Shown piece after piece: positions 18,352 through 27,329 of a stretch of DNA of 64,000 nt; position 1 is the stretch's first letter, and each line of letters opens with the position of its first letter. A program made the position numbers and the translations under genes. This DNA is from Candidatus Hydrogenedentota bacterium (lineage in GTDB: Bacteria > Hydrogenedentota > Hydrogenedentia > Hydrogenedentales > SLHB01): the NCBI GenBank assembly GCA_045863295.1, contig BTWA01000001.1:244337-308336 (forward strand). Reading direction: 5' to 3'. The notes below the pieces were generated by a model. That model saw only the letters and a list, made by a program, of their open reading frames with translations, ran no database searches and had not been told where the DNA came from.

Positions 18352-19116
18352 ATGTACCGGCAAAGGCGGCAAAGCGGTTTTACGCTGTTTGAATTGGCGG
18401 TGGTGATTGCGCTGGTGGCAGTCGTCATGGCCGTTGCGTTGCCGCAGCTTGCTCCGGCGCTTACGACCGGCAAGTTGGAAGGCGCGGCACGGCGTCTCGC
18501 CGGTTATGGCCGGGCCGCGCTGGCGCATTCCGCATTTTCCAAAGAGCCGTTGGTTTTTCGCATTGATATGGACAAGGGCGAGTATTGGACGGTTCGACGC
18601 ATCGTCAAGGAGGATTCGCTTTTTCTGGAAGAGGAAGAGGCGTCCGACGACGAGGAAACCGCCAAGCAGCCACTTACCAAGGACGTATTGCTGGAAGTGC
18701 TGAGCGAGGGGTCGGTTGACGAACAAAGCGAGCGGCTGATTGAGATTGAGCGGCAGTTTGACGATTACTTCCGGTTTGGTCTTGAGGCACGGGCGCGCAA
18801 CGTCAAACACGACGGGCTGCTTGCGGGGATCAACCCGCTTGAAGACGCCGAGTTCAAGTTGAAAGACGACGAAGGGGAGATTGAAGAGGAGATCAAGATC
18901 AGTCTCCTCGAGCGGACCTACGTGCCGCCCGATGTGCGGATTCAGCGGGTGATCATCGGGGCCGAAGAATTTACCAAGGGCATCGTGGATATCGAAGTAA
19001 CCCCCATGGGCCTTTATGAAACGGTCGAAGTGGAAGTCGGGTCGGAAGAAGGCGGGCTGTATCGCATCACGCTGGATCCGATTACCGGCGGCACCCATTT
19101 GGCCCGAGAGGAGTGA
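18352..19116 (+). CDS. gspH: T2SS minor pseudopilin H (with acidic insertion)
   Basis: G|FTLFELAVVIAL; position after gspG; C-terminal ITLDPITG. Confidence 0.75.
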   Translation: MYRQRRQSGFTLFELAVVIALVAVVMAVALPQLAPALTTGKLEGAARRLAGYGRAALAHSAFSKEPLVFRIDMDKGEYWTVRRIVKEDSLFLEEEEASDDEETAKQPLTKDVLLEVLSEGSVDEQSERLIEIERQFDDYFRFGLEARARNVKHDGLLAGINPLEDAEFKLKDDEGEIEEEIKISLLERTYVPPDVRIQRVIIGAEEFTKGIVDIEVTPMGLYETVEVEVGSEEGGLYRITLDPITGGTHLAREE

Positions 19117-19775
19117 CTCCCATGCCGAGGACACCGCATCGCCGCGAGCGGGGATTTACGTTGGTGGAGATCCTGGTGGCGCTTTCCATTCTCGCGGGAT
19201 CGCTTTTCATATTACTCGAAACGCACTATGCCGGTTTGAACGCGCGGGTCACGCTGCGCGAGAAGGCGCTTGTGCAAGGCTTGCAGGCCAAGGCCATGGG
19301 CGTTGCGGAAACCGACGTGCTGGCGGGCACGCTCACGGGCGAGGGCGATTTTGGGAAGCGGTACCCTGAATTCACTTACGATTTCGAGGCGGCTACCATT
19401 GGCGAATCGCTTCCCGGCCTGTACGAAGTCGTTGTCCGCGTGAATCAGGAAGATAACGAGCCTCTGGAAACGCGGTTCTTCGTCTATTCCTCCCTGTTGG
19501 CCATGGAGACGTATGCGGCGACGGGCGGCGGCGGATTGACGGCTTCCGGCGACTCCATTCAGAACGGCGGGGGCATGACGGGTACTCCGCAGGGCGGCCG
19601 CGGGGGCCGCGGCGGGCAAGGCGGCAACCAGGGTCAGGGCCGCGGCCGTGGCGGCGCGGGTGGATTTGATATCAACAGCCTTCCCCCGAACATACGTGAT
19701 CGCATTCCCCAAAACATCGATCCCGCCATGATAGAACGCGCGCAGCAGATGATGCGCCAGCGAGGCAGACGATAA
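19113..19775 (+). CDS. gspI: T2SS minor pseudopilin I with Gly/Arg-rich tail
   Basis: G|FTLVEILVALSIL; GLYEVVVRV; position between H and J. Confidence 0.8.
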   Translation: MTPMPRTPHRRERGFTLVEILVALSILAGSLFILLETHYAGLNARVTLREKALVQGLQAKAMGVAETDVLAGTLTGEGDFGKRYPEFTYDFEAATIGESLPGLYEVVVRVNQEDNEPLETRFFVYSSLLAMETYAATGGGGLTASGDSIQNGGGMTGTPQGGRGGRGGQGGNQGQGRGRGGAGGFDINSLPPNIRDRIPQNIDPAMIERAQQMMRQRGRR

Positions 19776-20728
19776 TGCGCCGTCGCGGCTTTACCCTGAT
19801 CGAAATACTGATCGCGGTGACGATACTCGCCGTGATTCTGTCCGTCTTGTATGCAAGCTTCGCCAGCGTGACCAGTACGATGGGCGCCACGCGGGTGTCG
19901 ACCGAGGAATTGCGGTTGCGTCAGTTTCTGGAGCGCAGTTTTACGACAAATCTGGCGTCGGTCTTTGTAGACGCGCGCGTATCCGATCCGATGTTGCAAT
20001 TCGTCGGCGTCAACGAAGAAGACAGCAACGGTCCGCGAGATGCGATCCGGTTCGTGTCAACGGCAACGCAGATTGGCGGGCGCGCGCTTCCGGGCGATCT
20101 CAAAGAAGTCCGCTACATGGTGCAGGGAACCGACTCCGAGTTCGACGCCAGTCTTTTTATGGATGACTCCCAGGAGCTTGACATGCCCATGTTGACCGCG
20201 ATCGAGACGCCGGTGCTTGGGTCCAACATGTCCGAATACTTCGCCGACGAGGAATCCGAGACCATTGAAGCGATCGACCCGACCCAGCCGCTGGACGAGG
20301 CGTTCGGCACCGGCGTGATGGAGCAGACCGTGGAGGCGCCTCATTGGAGCGTGCCGGTGCGGTCGCTCGACATCCAATACTTTGACGGTCTTGAGTGGCA
20401 GGAGGAATGGAACTCGCTGGAGATTGGGCGGCTTCCGTGGGCGGTCCGGGTCCGTGTGAATTTTGCGCGCACGGAGGAATATCTGAAGGCGGAAGGCAAT
20501 CAATTCGATCTGGAAGAGGATCCCGATTTCGATCTGGTCGTTTCATTGCCGGCGGGTTCGGGTATGTTGCAGGACGCGCGGACGCAGGAAGACATGGAGC
20601 AGGCGCAAGAAGATGCAGCCGATCAGGCCGCGCAAGGCGACGGCGAAACGCCCGGCGGTCAGGAAGGCGACATTGCACCGGAAAACACGAGCACCTACCG
20701 GCCTTCCGACGGGGGAGAGCCGAAATGA
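19775..20728 (+). CDS. gspJ: T2SS minor pseudopilin J
   Basis: G|FTLIEILIAVTIL; YFDGLEWQEEW..LPWAVRV GspJ-type motif. Confidence 0.85.
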   Translation: MRRRGFTLIEILIAVTILAVILSVLYASFASVTSTMGATRVSTEELRLRQFLERSFTTNLASVFVDARVSDPMLQFVGVNEEDSNGPRDAIRFVSTATQIGGRALPGDLKEVRYMVQGTDSEFDASLFMDDSQELDMPMLTAIETPVLGSNMSEYFADEESETIEAIDPTQPLDEAFGTGVMEQTVEAPHWSVPVRSLDIQYFDGLEWQEEWNSLEIGRLPWAVRVRVNFARTEEYLKAEGNQFDLEEDPDFDLVVSLPAGSGMLQDARTQEDMEQAQEDAADQAAQGDGETPGGQEGDIAPENTSTYRPSDGGEPK

Positions 20729-21792
20729 GCGATCGTATTTCCCATACGTCCCGGCGTCCGGATGAAGGCATCGCCTTGTTGCTGGTGCTTCTGTTCGTGG
20801 TGTTGTTGTCGGTGATCGTGGTGGAATTCAGTTACGAGACGCAAGTGGAGGCATCTCAGGTAGGCGCTTCGTTGCAGGACTTCGAAGCCTACTCGGCTGC
20901 CAAGTCGGGGATTTCCTCCGGCCTTTCCCTGCTGATGGGTGACATGATGGGCATCTCTCCCACCGACGAGCAGGGCAGTACGCAGAGCGCCGAACTGGAT
21001 CAGGCATTTCAGGGAGGCACGGAGTCCGACAGTTTGTTCGAGCCCTGGGCTTCGGGCGTGGCGTTTCAGGAGATCAACAATGCGGTGATGCGTTGTTCGA
21101 TCGACGACGAGTACGGAAAGATCAACGTGAACGCCATTGTGGACAGCCGGTCGGGAGAGACCAACGTGGTCGTGGCGGAGGCGTTGCGCGTCTTGTTTAT
21201 CACGCGCGGCGCGGAGTTTGATCCGGTCGATGCGATCATAGACTGGGTGGATGCCGACGACAGTGCTTCTCCAAACGGCGCGGAGATGGACTACTACATG
21301 GGCCTTGACGTGCCATACGGACCGAAGAACGGGCCGATGGGTTCCGTGGAAGAGCTTCTCCTTATCCACGGCGTAACCACCGACGTGTTTTTCGGCGACC
21401 CCGAACAGAACCAGGTGCCGCTGACCGAGTTGTTGACGGTATTTGGAGACCGGCGCGGCCGGGTCAATGTGAACACCGCCGAACCCGAGGTGCTCGACGC
21501 CATCGGGCAGGCGGCCGGGATGCCGGGGCTGATGGATCTGGTGCTATCGCAGCGCGAAACCATGCCGTTCATGAGTTCCGAGGATTTGCAGGCCCGTGGC
21601 GTGACGTTGGGCGAGCAGGCGGGCGGCCAAGGCCAGATACGAAATCCGTTCATCGTCAACACGCGCGTGTTCCGGTTGTACGGCGACGGACTTTCCGGCG
21701 AATCGCGCGTGCGCGTTGAAGCCTATGTGCGCCGTTATCCGCAATCGGCGGATTCGCCTTTGCGCCTGCTGCAGTGGAGGGTTATTCGTTGA
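20725..21792 (+). CDS. gspK: T2SS minor pseudopilin K
   Basis: G|IALLLVLL (no Glu5); DEYGKINVN; DAIIDWVDADD; GAE..YY; RVNVNTA. ATG overlaps the gspJ stop. Confidence 0.92.
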   Translation: MSDRISHTSRRPDEGIALLLVLLFVVLLSVIVVEFSYETQVEASQVGASLQDFEAYSAAKSGISSGLSLLMGDMMGISPTDEQGSTQSAELDQAFQGGTESDSLFEPWASGVAFQEINNAVMRCSIDDEYGKINVNAIVDSRSGETNVVVAEALRVLFITRGAEFDPVDAIIDWVDADDSASPNGAEMDYYMGLDVPYGPKNGPMGSVEELLLIHGVTTDVFFGDPEQNQVPLTELLTVFGDRRGRVNVNTAEPEVLDAIGQAAGMPGLMDLVLSQRETMPFMSSEDLQARGVTLGEQAGGQGQIRNPFIVNTRVFRLYGDGLSGESRVRVEAYVRRYPQSADSPLRLLQWRVIR

Positions 21793-23342
21793 AGTTACGG
21801 GCGCGCATGGGCGGCATCCTCTTGGCCGGCGACGAGGTTCGGATCGCGGTCGTAAAGACCGGGGGAAAGGTACCCGCATTGCAGGAGGCGCATGCGGCGC
21901 GCGCGGTATACAACGACCCCGAGGGCCGCAGCGAGGCTATCGTGCTCGCCATCCGGGATGTGGTGAGCAAGGTCAAGAACAAGCCTGCCTTGTATGTATT
22001 GTGCGAAAGCGCGCAGTATGCGATCACGCGCACGCTGAACGTTCCTTTCAAAGGGCGATCCAAAGTGAGTTCGGCGGTGCCTTTCGAGCTGGAACAATAC
22101 ATTGCTTTTCCGCTGGAACAGTTGGTTGTGGACCATGCCACCGTAATGGAAAGCGGCAACGCGACCGAAGTGTTGGCCGTCGCGTTGCGGCGCACGCGGC
22201 TGGACGAGCAACTGGCCCTGCTTCAAGCCGCCGGCGTCGAGGCCGAAAGCATAGGTCTTGACGCAGCCGGTTTGACGACGCTCTGGATGGCCGGGCGCAA
22301 GACCTTTGCCGGCCTGCACGCGGCGTTGCACGTGCAGGATACCGGCGGCGTGCTGGTGGTTACCTTCAATAAGACCATCGCCTATCTCCGTCCGGTTCAG
22401 TGGACTCCCGAGACCTTTTTTGCGAACGCGGAATCCGCCGGGCGCGAAGTGCAGAATTCGCTTCGCGCGTTTCAGAGCCAATGGAAAGGCGAAGGCAGCG
22501 TCGAAGACATCACCTTGACGGGCGTGGAACCGGGTCCGGCGGAGTGCACGGAGTTTGAGCGCTGCATTCAGATACCGGTCATTTATGAGAATCTGATTCG
22601 TCACGTCAAAGGCGGTTCGATCGTGGAAGAGGCTGTGCAATCGCCGGGGTACGAGAGCGCGGGCGAAGCGTCGGCGGGAAGTGCCCAGAGCCGTTGGGCG
22701 GCGGTGATTGGTGTGGCAGCCGGGAGCGCGGGCGGCGCCTGCACCTTTGAATTTCGCAAAGGCGATCTTGCGCCTGAAGGCACCGGCCGAATGATTGGCG
22801 CGCACGCGGTGTTTTCCGCGGCGTTGTTTGCGGTGGTTGCGCTTGGCTTTGGCCTGTATTGCTATCTGGACTACCGGCAGAACGCCAAGGAATTGGATCG
22901 CATCGGCACCAAGGCGTGGGAGACCTTCGCGGAAACATTTCCGGCGTCGCAGTACGTGGCGGGTGGGCGGCCCTCGTCGGATGTCGGCGGATCGATTGTG
23001 CTTCAGATGATGGAAGAAGAAACCAACAAGGCGTTGGGCGAGGGCGAATTGCTTGCCGTTGATGTGCTCAGCCAGCCGACCTTGCTCGATATGCTCCAGG
23101 AGATTGCCAAAAGTCTGCCGCCGGACCGCATACTGGTCACCGATGTGGCCGTACGCGCGGTGGGTGGCAAGGGGCAAACAATCACGATCAAAGGGCAGGT
23201 TCTCGATCAGGCCGCGTCGGCCCACGTGCTCGAGCCGTTCAAAGATTCGGAATTGCTGGCGGCCGATGGCGCTCCGCTTATCGCGCAAAAGGGCGACAAG
23301 ACGGAATTCACGATTCTAGCCGTGACGAAACCGAAGGGATAA
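21789..23342 (+). CDS. gspL: T2SS protein L (actin-like cytoplasmic domain, TM, periplasmic domain)
   Basis: VPFKG..VPFELEQYIAFPLEQ; single TM; LDMLQEIAKSLP. Probable TTG start overlapping the gspK stop, with GGAGG upstream. Confidence 0.8.
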   Translation: MKLRARMGGILLAGDEVRIAVVKTGGKVPALQEAHAARAVYNDPEGRSEAIVLAIRDVVSKVKNKPALYVLCESAQYAITRTLNVPFKGRSKVSSAVPFELEQYIAFPLEQLVVDHATVMESGNATEVLAVALRRTRLDEQLALLQAAGVEAESIGLDAAGLTTLWMAGRKTFAGLHAALHVQDTGGVLVVTFNKTIAYLRPVQWTPETFFANAESAGREVQNSLRAFQSQWKGEGSVEDITLTGVEPGPAECTEFERCIQIPVIYENLIRHVKGGSIVEEAVQSPGYESAGEASAGSAQSRWAAVIGVAAGSAGGACTFEFRKGDLAPEGTGRMIGAHAVFSAALFAVVALGFGLYCYLDYRQNAKELDRIGTKAWETFAETFPASQYVAGGRPSSDVGGSIVLQMMEEETNKALGEGELLAVDVLSQPTLLDMLQEIAKSLPPDRILVTDVAVRAVGGKGQTITIKGQVLDQAASAHVLEPFKDSELLAADGAPLIAQKGDKTEFTILAVTKPKG

Positions 23343-23352
23343 ACGAATCCGC

Positions 23353-23880
23353 ATGGCCCCCAATCTGTTCAGCCGGAAAATGGAGCGCCGCGAGCGAATC
23401 CTCGCCCTACTGGCGGGCGCGATCGCGCTGTTCATTGCGTATTACTACCTCCAGGAACCCTGGCGCGCCTACGCGCGATCGCACGGGCAGGTCGTAAGCG
23501 CGCGTCGCAATTTTGAGCTTGTGCAGGAAATGCAAAAGCGCGTCAACGAGGCGCAGCACCAGAAGGATGCCTTGCTGGCCCAACTCACGGGAGCCGCCAG
23601 TGTGGAATTGTGGGCCTACCTGACCGGTGTGGTGCGGGAGCAGGGCCTGGGGTCGCGCGCCGAGGTGGTCAGCAAACCCACGGCGGTTCGGGCCGGCGAT
23701 CGGATGTCGGCGGTACAACTCAGCATGCGCGGCATCAGCACCGAGGAATTGGTGAACGTGCTTCATCGCATCCACAGCGGGAACTACCCTGTCGCGTTAC
23801 AACAGTTACTCAGCCTCAAACCGTCCGCTGACGGCAAGGGTTTGGACTGCAACATGGTTCTCATTGCGCCCAAGCTTTGA
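23353..23880 (+). CDS. gspM: T2SS protein M
   Basis: RRERILA followed by TM, coiled coil and ferredoxin-like C-terminus; follows gspL. Confidence 0.75.
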   Translation: MAPNLFSRKMERRERILALLAGAIALFIAYYYLQEPWRAYARSHGQVVSARRNFELVQEMQKRVNEAQHQKDALLAQLTGAASVELWAYLTGVVREQGLGSRAEVVSKPTAVRAGDRMSAVQLSMRGISTEELVNVLHRIHSGNYPVALQQLLSLKPSADGKGLDCNMVLIAPKL

Positions 23881-24256
23881 CCGTTATTTCCGTGCTCCTC
23901 CCTTCGAATCTCGCATAAAAGAGTTTTCTTGACATTCCCGTGTTCCTCGGTAAGAATGAATCCTTGAATAATGGGTGGCCAGATCCGAGCAGGGTCTTGC
24001 CGCCGTAGGGGTATTTTCTGTTTGACCGGATTGACTTGGGACATTCTCTCGGGGTTCAGGGTTGAGGACGGGACGGGTCGCATCCACGATTCCCGCCGAT
24101 CATTCCAAGGCTGTGGCTGCAGGTTTGTGTTGGGAGATTCCGCACAAACGAGGCCGTTGTGGGTATTATTCGCAGTTTTGGACTTACAACAAGGTAATTG
24201 ATTGACAAAATAGCACCTAAGTGCAAGGATATCAACAACTAGTAGTAGTTTTTACA

Positions 24257-24286
24257 TTGACTTTTCGCACGCCTCTCTGGTAGAGT
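24257..24286 (+). promoter_or_regulatory. Putative sigma70 promoter of pilB-pilT-pilB-pilC operon
   Basis: TTGACT, 18-nt spacer, TGg-TAGAGT, within an AT-rich intergenic region. Confidence 0.5.
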
Positions 24287-24315
24287 TAAGGTGCTGAAGG
24301 CGAGGGTTTTGGACT

Positions 24316-26202
24316 GTGACGAATCAAACCTCCTACAAACCGTTTGGCCAACGCTTGGTTGAGCGCGGCGTCATCACCCAGCAACAGTTGGATGAGGCGC
24401 TGCACAAGAAGCAGACCACGATGGCCCACCGGAAGCTCGGTGAAATCCTCGTCCGTCTCAATTACATCAGCAAGACCCACATTACCGAAGGCCTGGCCGA
24501 TCAACTCGACATCGAAATTGTGCGGATTTCCGACCGGGAGATTCCGGAGCGCATCCGCAATCTTATTGATCCCAGTATTGCCACGTTGTACCGCGTGATC
24601 CCATTGGGTGAAGAGGGGAACACGTTGGTGGTGGCCACGGCCGACCCGACGAACATCAACCAGATAGACAATCTGGAGCGGCTGCTTGAGCGTCCGATCC
24701 GCACCCACCTTGCGACGCCGGAAGAAATCACGGCGGCGCTGGGGAAGTACTACGGCATGGCCGAAAAGACGGTGGAGAGCATGTTGTCCACCGTGAGCAG
24801 CGCGAGCACGATGAGCACGCTGAGCACCATGTCGAACGTCAGTTCCATGTCGTCCATGAGCAGCGTGGGCAGCAGCATGTCGGCGAGCGACATCAGCCTG
24901 AGCAGCATCAGCATGGACAGCATCGAGATGGACGATGTGAAGACGCCGGGCGGCGCGACGGACGACATGGATGATGCGGACAGCCCGGTTGTCAAATACA
25001 TCAACAAGCTGATACTTGAAGCGTTCCGCCTTCGGGCGAGTGATATTCACGTGGAGCCGGGCAAGATCGATTTGAAGGTGCGTTACCGGATTGACGGTGT
25101 GTTGCACTTGATGCCGCCGCCTCCCAAGCGGGCGCAGAAATCGATCATATCGCGTCTGAAGCTGATGGCCGGCATGGACATCAGCGAACGCCGCATTCCC
25201 CAGGACGGCCGCATCAAGATCAATCTTGCGGGCAAGATGGTGGATTTGCGCGTCAGCGCGCTGCCGGCCGTGCACGGCGAATCCGTCGTGATGCGTATTT
25301 TGGACAAGAGCGGTCTGTTGTTGGGCGTGGGTCAGTTGGGCTTTTCGCCCGATGTGCAGCGGCTTTGGGAAGACATTCTGGCATCGGGCACGGGCGTGGT
25401 TCTGGTGACGGGCCCGACGGGTTCCGGCAAAACGACGACCCTGTACGCATCGCTGCACCAGTTGAACAAGTCCGACACCAAGTTGATCACGGTGGAAGAT
25501 CCCGTTGAATACCAGTTGACGGGTATTAATCAGGTACAGATCCACCACGACATTGGCTGGAACTTTGCGCGTGCGTTGCGCGCGATTTTCCGTCAGGACC
25601 CTGACATCGTGATGGTTGGTGAAATTCGTGACCAGGAAACGGCGGAAATCGCGATCAAGGCGGCGTTGACGGGTCACCTTGTGTTTTCGACCTTGCATAC
25701 GAACGACGCGCCGAGCGCGTTCCTTCGCCTGATCGACGTGGGCATTCGTCCGTTCCTGGTGGCCGCGGGTATTCGCGCGGTGCTGGGGCAACGGCTGGTG
25801 CGGACGATTTGCAGCAACTGCAAAGAAAGCTACACGCCGACCGATCTTGAAATAGAGCGCATGGCATTGCCCGACGTGGACTGGGCGCACGCGGAATTGT
25901 TTCACGGCAAGGGATGCGAGAACTGCAACAACACGGGATACTCCGGACGTCTGGGCGTGTACGAATTGCTGGTGAACACGGACGAAATCCGGACCATGAT
26001 TATGAGCGGCGCACCTTCCGGTCAGTTACGCCGGACGGCCCGAATCAACGGCATGCTTACGATGCGCGACGACGGCTGGCGCAAGTGTTTGAGCGGCATC
26101 ACGACCGTCGAAGAAGTAATCCGCGTGACGCAGCCGGACGAACCTATAAAGCGGATTCTGGGCGGAAACGGACAAGCGAAGGAGACGGTCCATGGCGTAT
26201 GA
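24316..26202 (+). CDS. pilB: Type IV pilus extension ATPase PilB-like #1 (Ser/Met-rich linker)
   Basis: MshEN-like N-terminus; RASDIHVEP; GPTGSGKTTT; RQDPDIVMVGEIRD; CSNC..CENC. Confidence 0.85.
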   Translation: MTNQTSYKPFGQRLVERGVITQQQLDEALHKKQTTMAHRKLGEILVRLNYISKTHITEGLADQLDIEIVRISDREIPERIRNLIDPSIATLYRVIPLGEEGNTLVVATADPTNINQIDNLERLLERPIRTHLATPEEITAALGKYYGMAEKTVESMLSTVSSASTMSTLSTMSNVSSMSSMSSVGSSMSASDISLSSISMDSIEMDDVKTPGGATDDMDDADSPVVKYINKLILEAFRLRASDIHVEPGKIDLKVRYRIDGVLHLMPPPPKRAQKSIISRLKLMAGMDISERRIPQDGRIKINLAGKMVDLRVSALPAVHGESVVMRILDKSGLLLGVGQLGFSPDVQRLWEDILASGTGVVLVTGPTGSGKTTTLYASLHQLNKSDTKLITVEDPVEYQLTGINQVQIHHDIGWNFARALRAIFRQDPDIVMVGEIRDQETAEIAIKAALTGHLVFSTLHTNDAPSAFLRLIDVGIRPFLVAAGIRAVLGQRLVRTICSNCKESYTPTDLEIERMALPDVDWAHAELFHGKGCENCNNTGYSGRLGVYELLVNTDEIRTMIMSGAPSGQLRRTARINGMLTMRDDGWRKCLSGITTVEEVIRVTQPDEPIKRILGGNGQAKETVHGV

Positions 26203-27310
26203 GATGGTCAGCCTGTTGCGCATGTTGATTGACCGTGAAGGGTCTGACCTTCATCTTGCTGTGGGCAACCCTCCGGTAGGCCGGGTTCACGGGCATTTGC
26301 AGTATTTTGGCGACGATCCGATGACATCCGACGACACCGAACGCCTGATGAAGAGTATTGCTTCGGTGGACAACCAGCAGGAATTGCAGGAAGTCGGCGG
26401 TTCGGACTTTGGGTTTGCGTTTGAAGACATTGCGCGTTTCCGCGTGTCCATCTTCAAACAGAAGGGCATGGTTGGGCTGGTGTTGCGGTTGATTCCGAAC
26501 CGCATTTTGACCTTTGAAGAAATCGGTTTGCCGCAGTCGTTGAAGAAGGTGATCAATCAGCCCCGCGGGTTGATCCTGGTGACCGGCCCGACGGGGTCGG
26601 GCAAGAGCACGAGCCTTGCGACGATGATCGACTGGCTCAACTCCGAAATGGACCATCACATTATCACGATCGAAGATCCGATCGAATATTACCACCACCA
26701 TAAGAAGAGCATTATCACGCAGCGCGAAGTGGGTGTGGACGTGCCGACGTTCTCCGAAGCGTTGCGGCGCGCGTTGCGGCAGGATCCGGACATCATTCTG
26801 GTCGGTGAAATGCGCGACCTGGATACGATCGGTGCGGCGGTGACGGCAGCTGAAACGGGCCACTTGGTGTTTGGCACGCTGCACACGACGGGCGCGGTGC
26901 GTACGATTGACCGGTTGGTGGACGCGTTTCCGACCAACCAACAGGAACAGATCCGCACGCAGCTTGCGGGTAACCTGAAGTCGATCATTTCGCAGACGCT
27001 GATTCCGCGCAAGAGCGGTTTCGGCCGCGTGGCGGCGTTTGAGGTGATGATCACGACGCCGGCCATTCAGAACCTGATTCGTGAGAACAAGTCGTACCGT
27101 ATTACGTCGGCCATTCAGACCGGCCACAAATACGGCATGAACCTTTTGGACGAACATTTGATTGCCCTTTACCGCAAGGGGCTGGTGAAATACGAAGACT
27201 GCCTGTCCAAATGCCAGATGCCGGAGGAGTTCGAAGCGAACGTGAAGGCATTGGCGGGCGGCCAGTCTCCCGGCGGGAAGCCGGGCGGCGGCGGATCCGC
27301 GGCGGCATAA
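26192..27310 (+). CDS. pilT: Type IV pilus retraction ATPase
   Basis: GSDLHL; GPTGSGKSTSLA; EDPIEY; LRQDPDIILVGEMRD; AAETGHLVFGTLHT; AIQNLIRE (AIRNLIRE motif). Confidence 0.95.
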   Translation: MAYEMVSLLRMLIDREGSDLHLAVGNPPVGRVHGHLQYFGDDPMTSDDTERLMKSIASVDNQQELQEVGGSDFGFAFEDIARFRVSIFKQKGMVGLVLRLIPNRILTFEEIGLPQSLKKVINQPRGLILVTGPTGSGKSTSLATMIDWLNSEMDHHIITIEDPIEYYHHHKKSIITQREVGVDVPTFSEALRRALRQDPDIILVGEMRDLDTIGAAVTAAETGHLVFGTLHTTGAVRTIDRLVDAFPTNQQEQIRTQLAGNLKSIISQTLIPRKSGFGRVAAFEVMITTPAIQNLIRENKSYRITSAIQTGHKYGMNLLDEHLIALYRKGLVKYEDCLSKCQMPEEFEANVKALAGGQSPGGKPGGGGSAAA

Positions 27311-27329
27311 GGCGGCGAGGTAGCGCACA

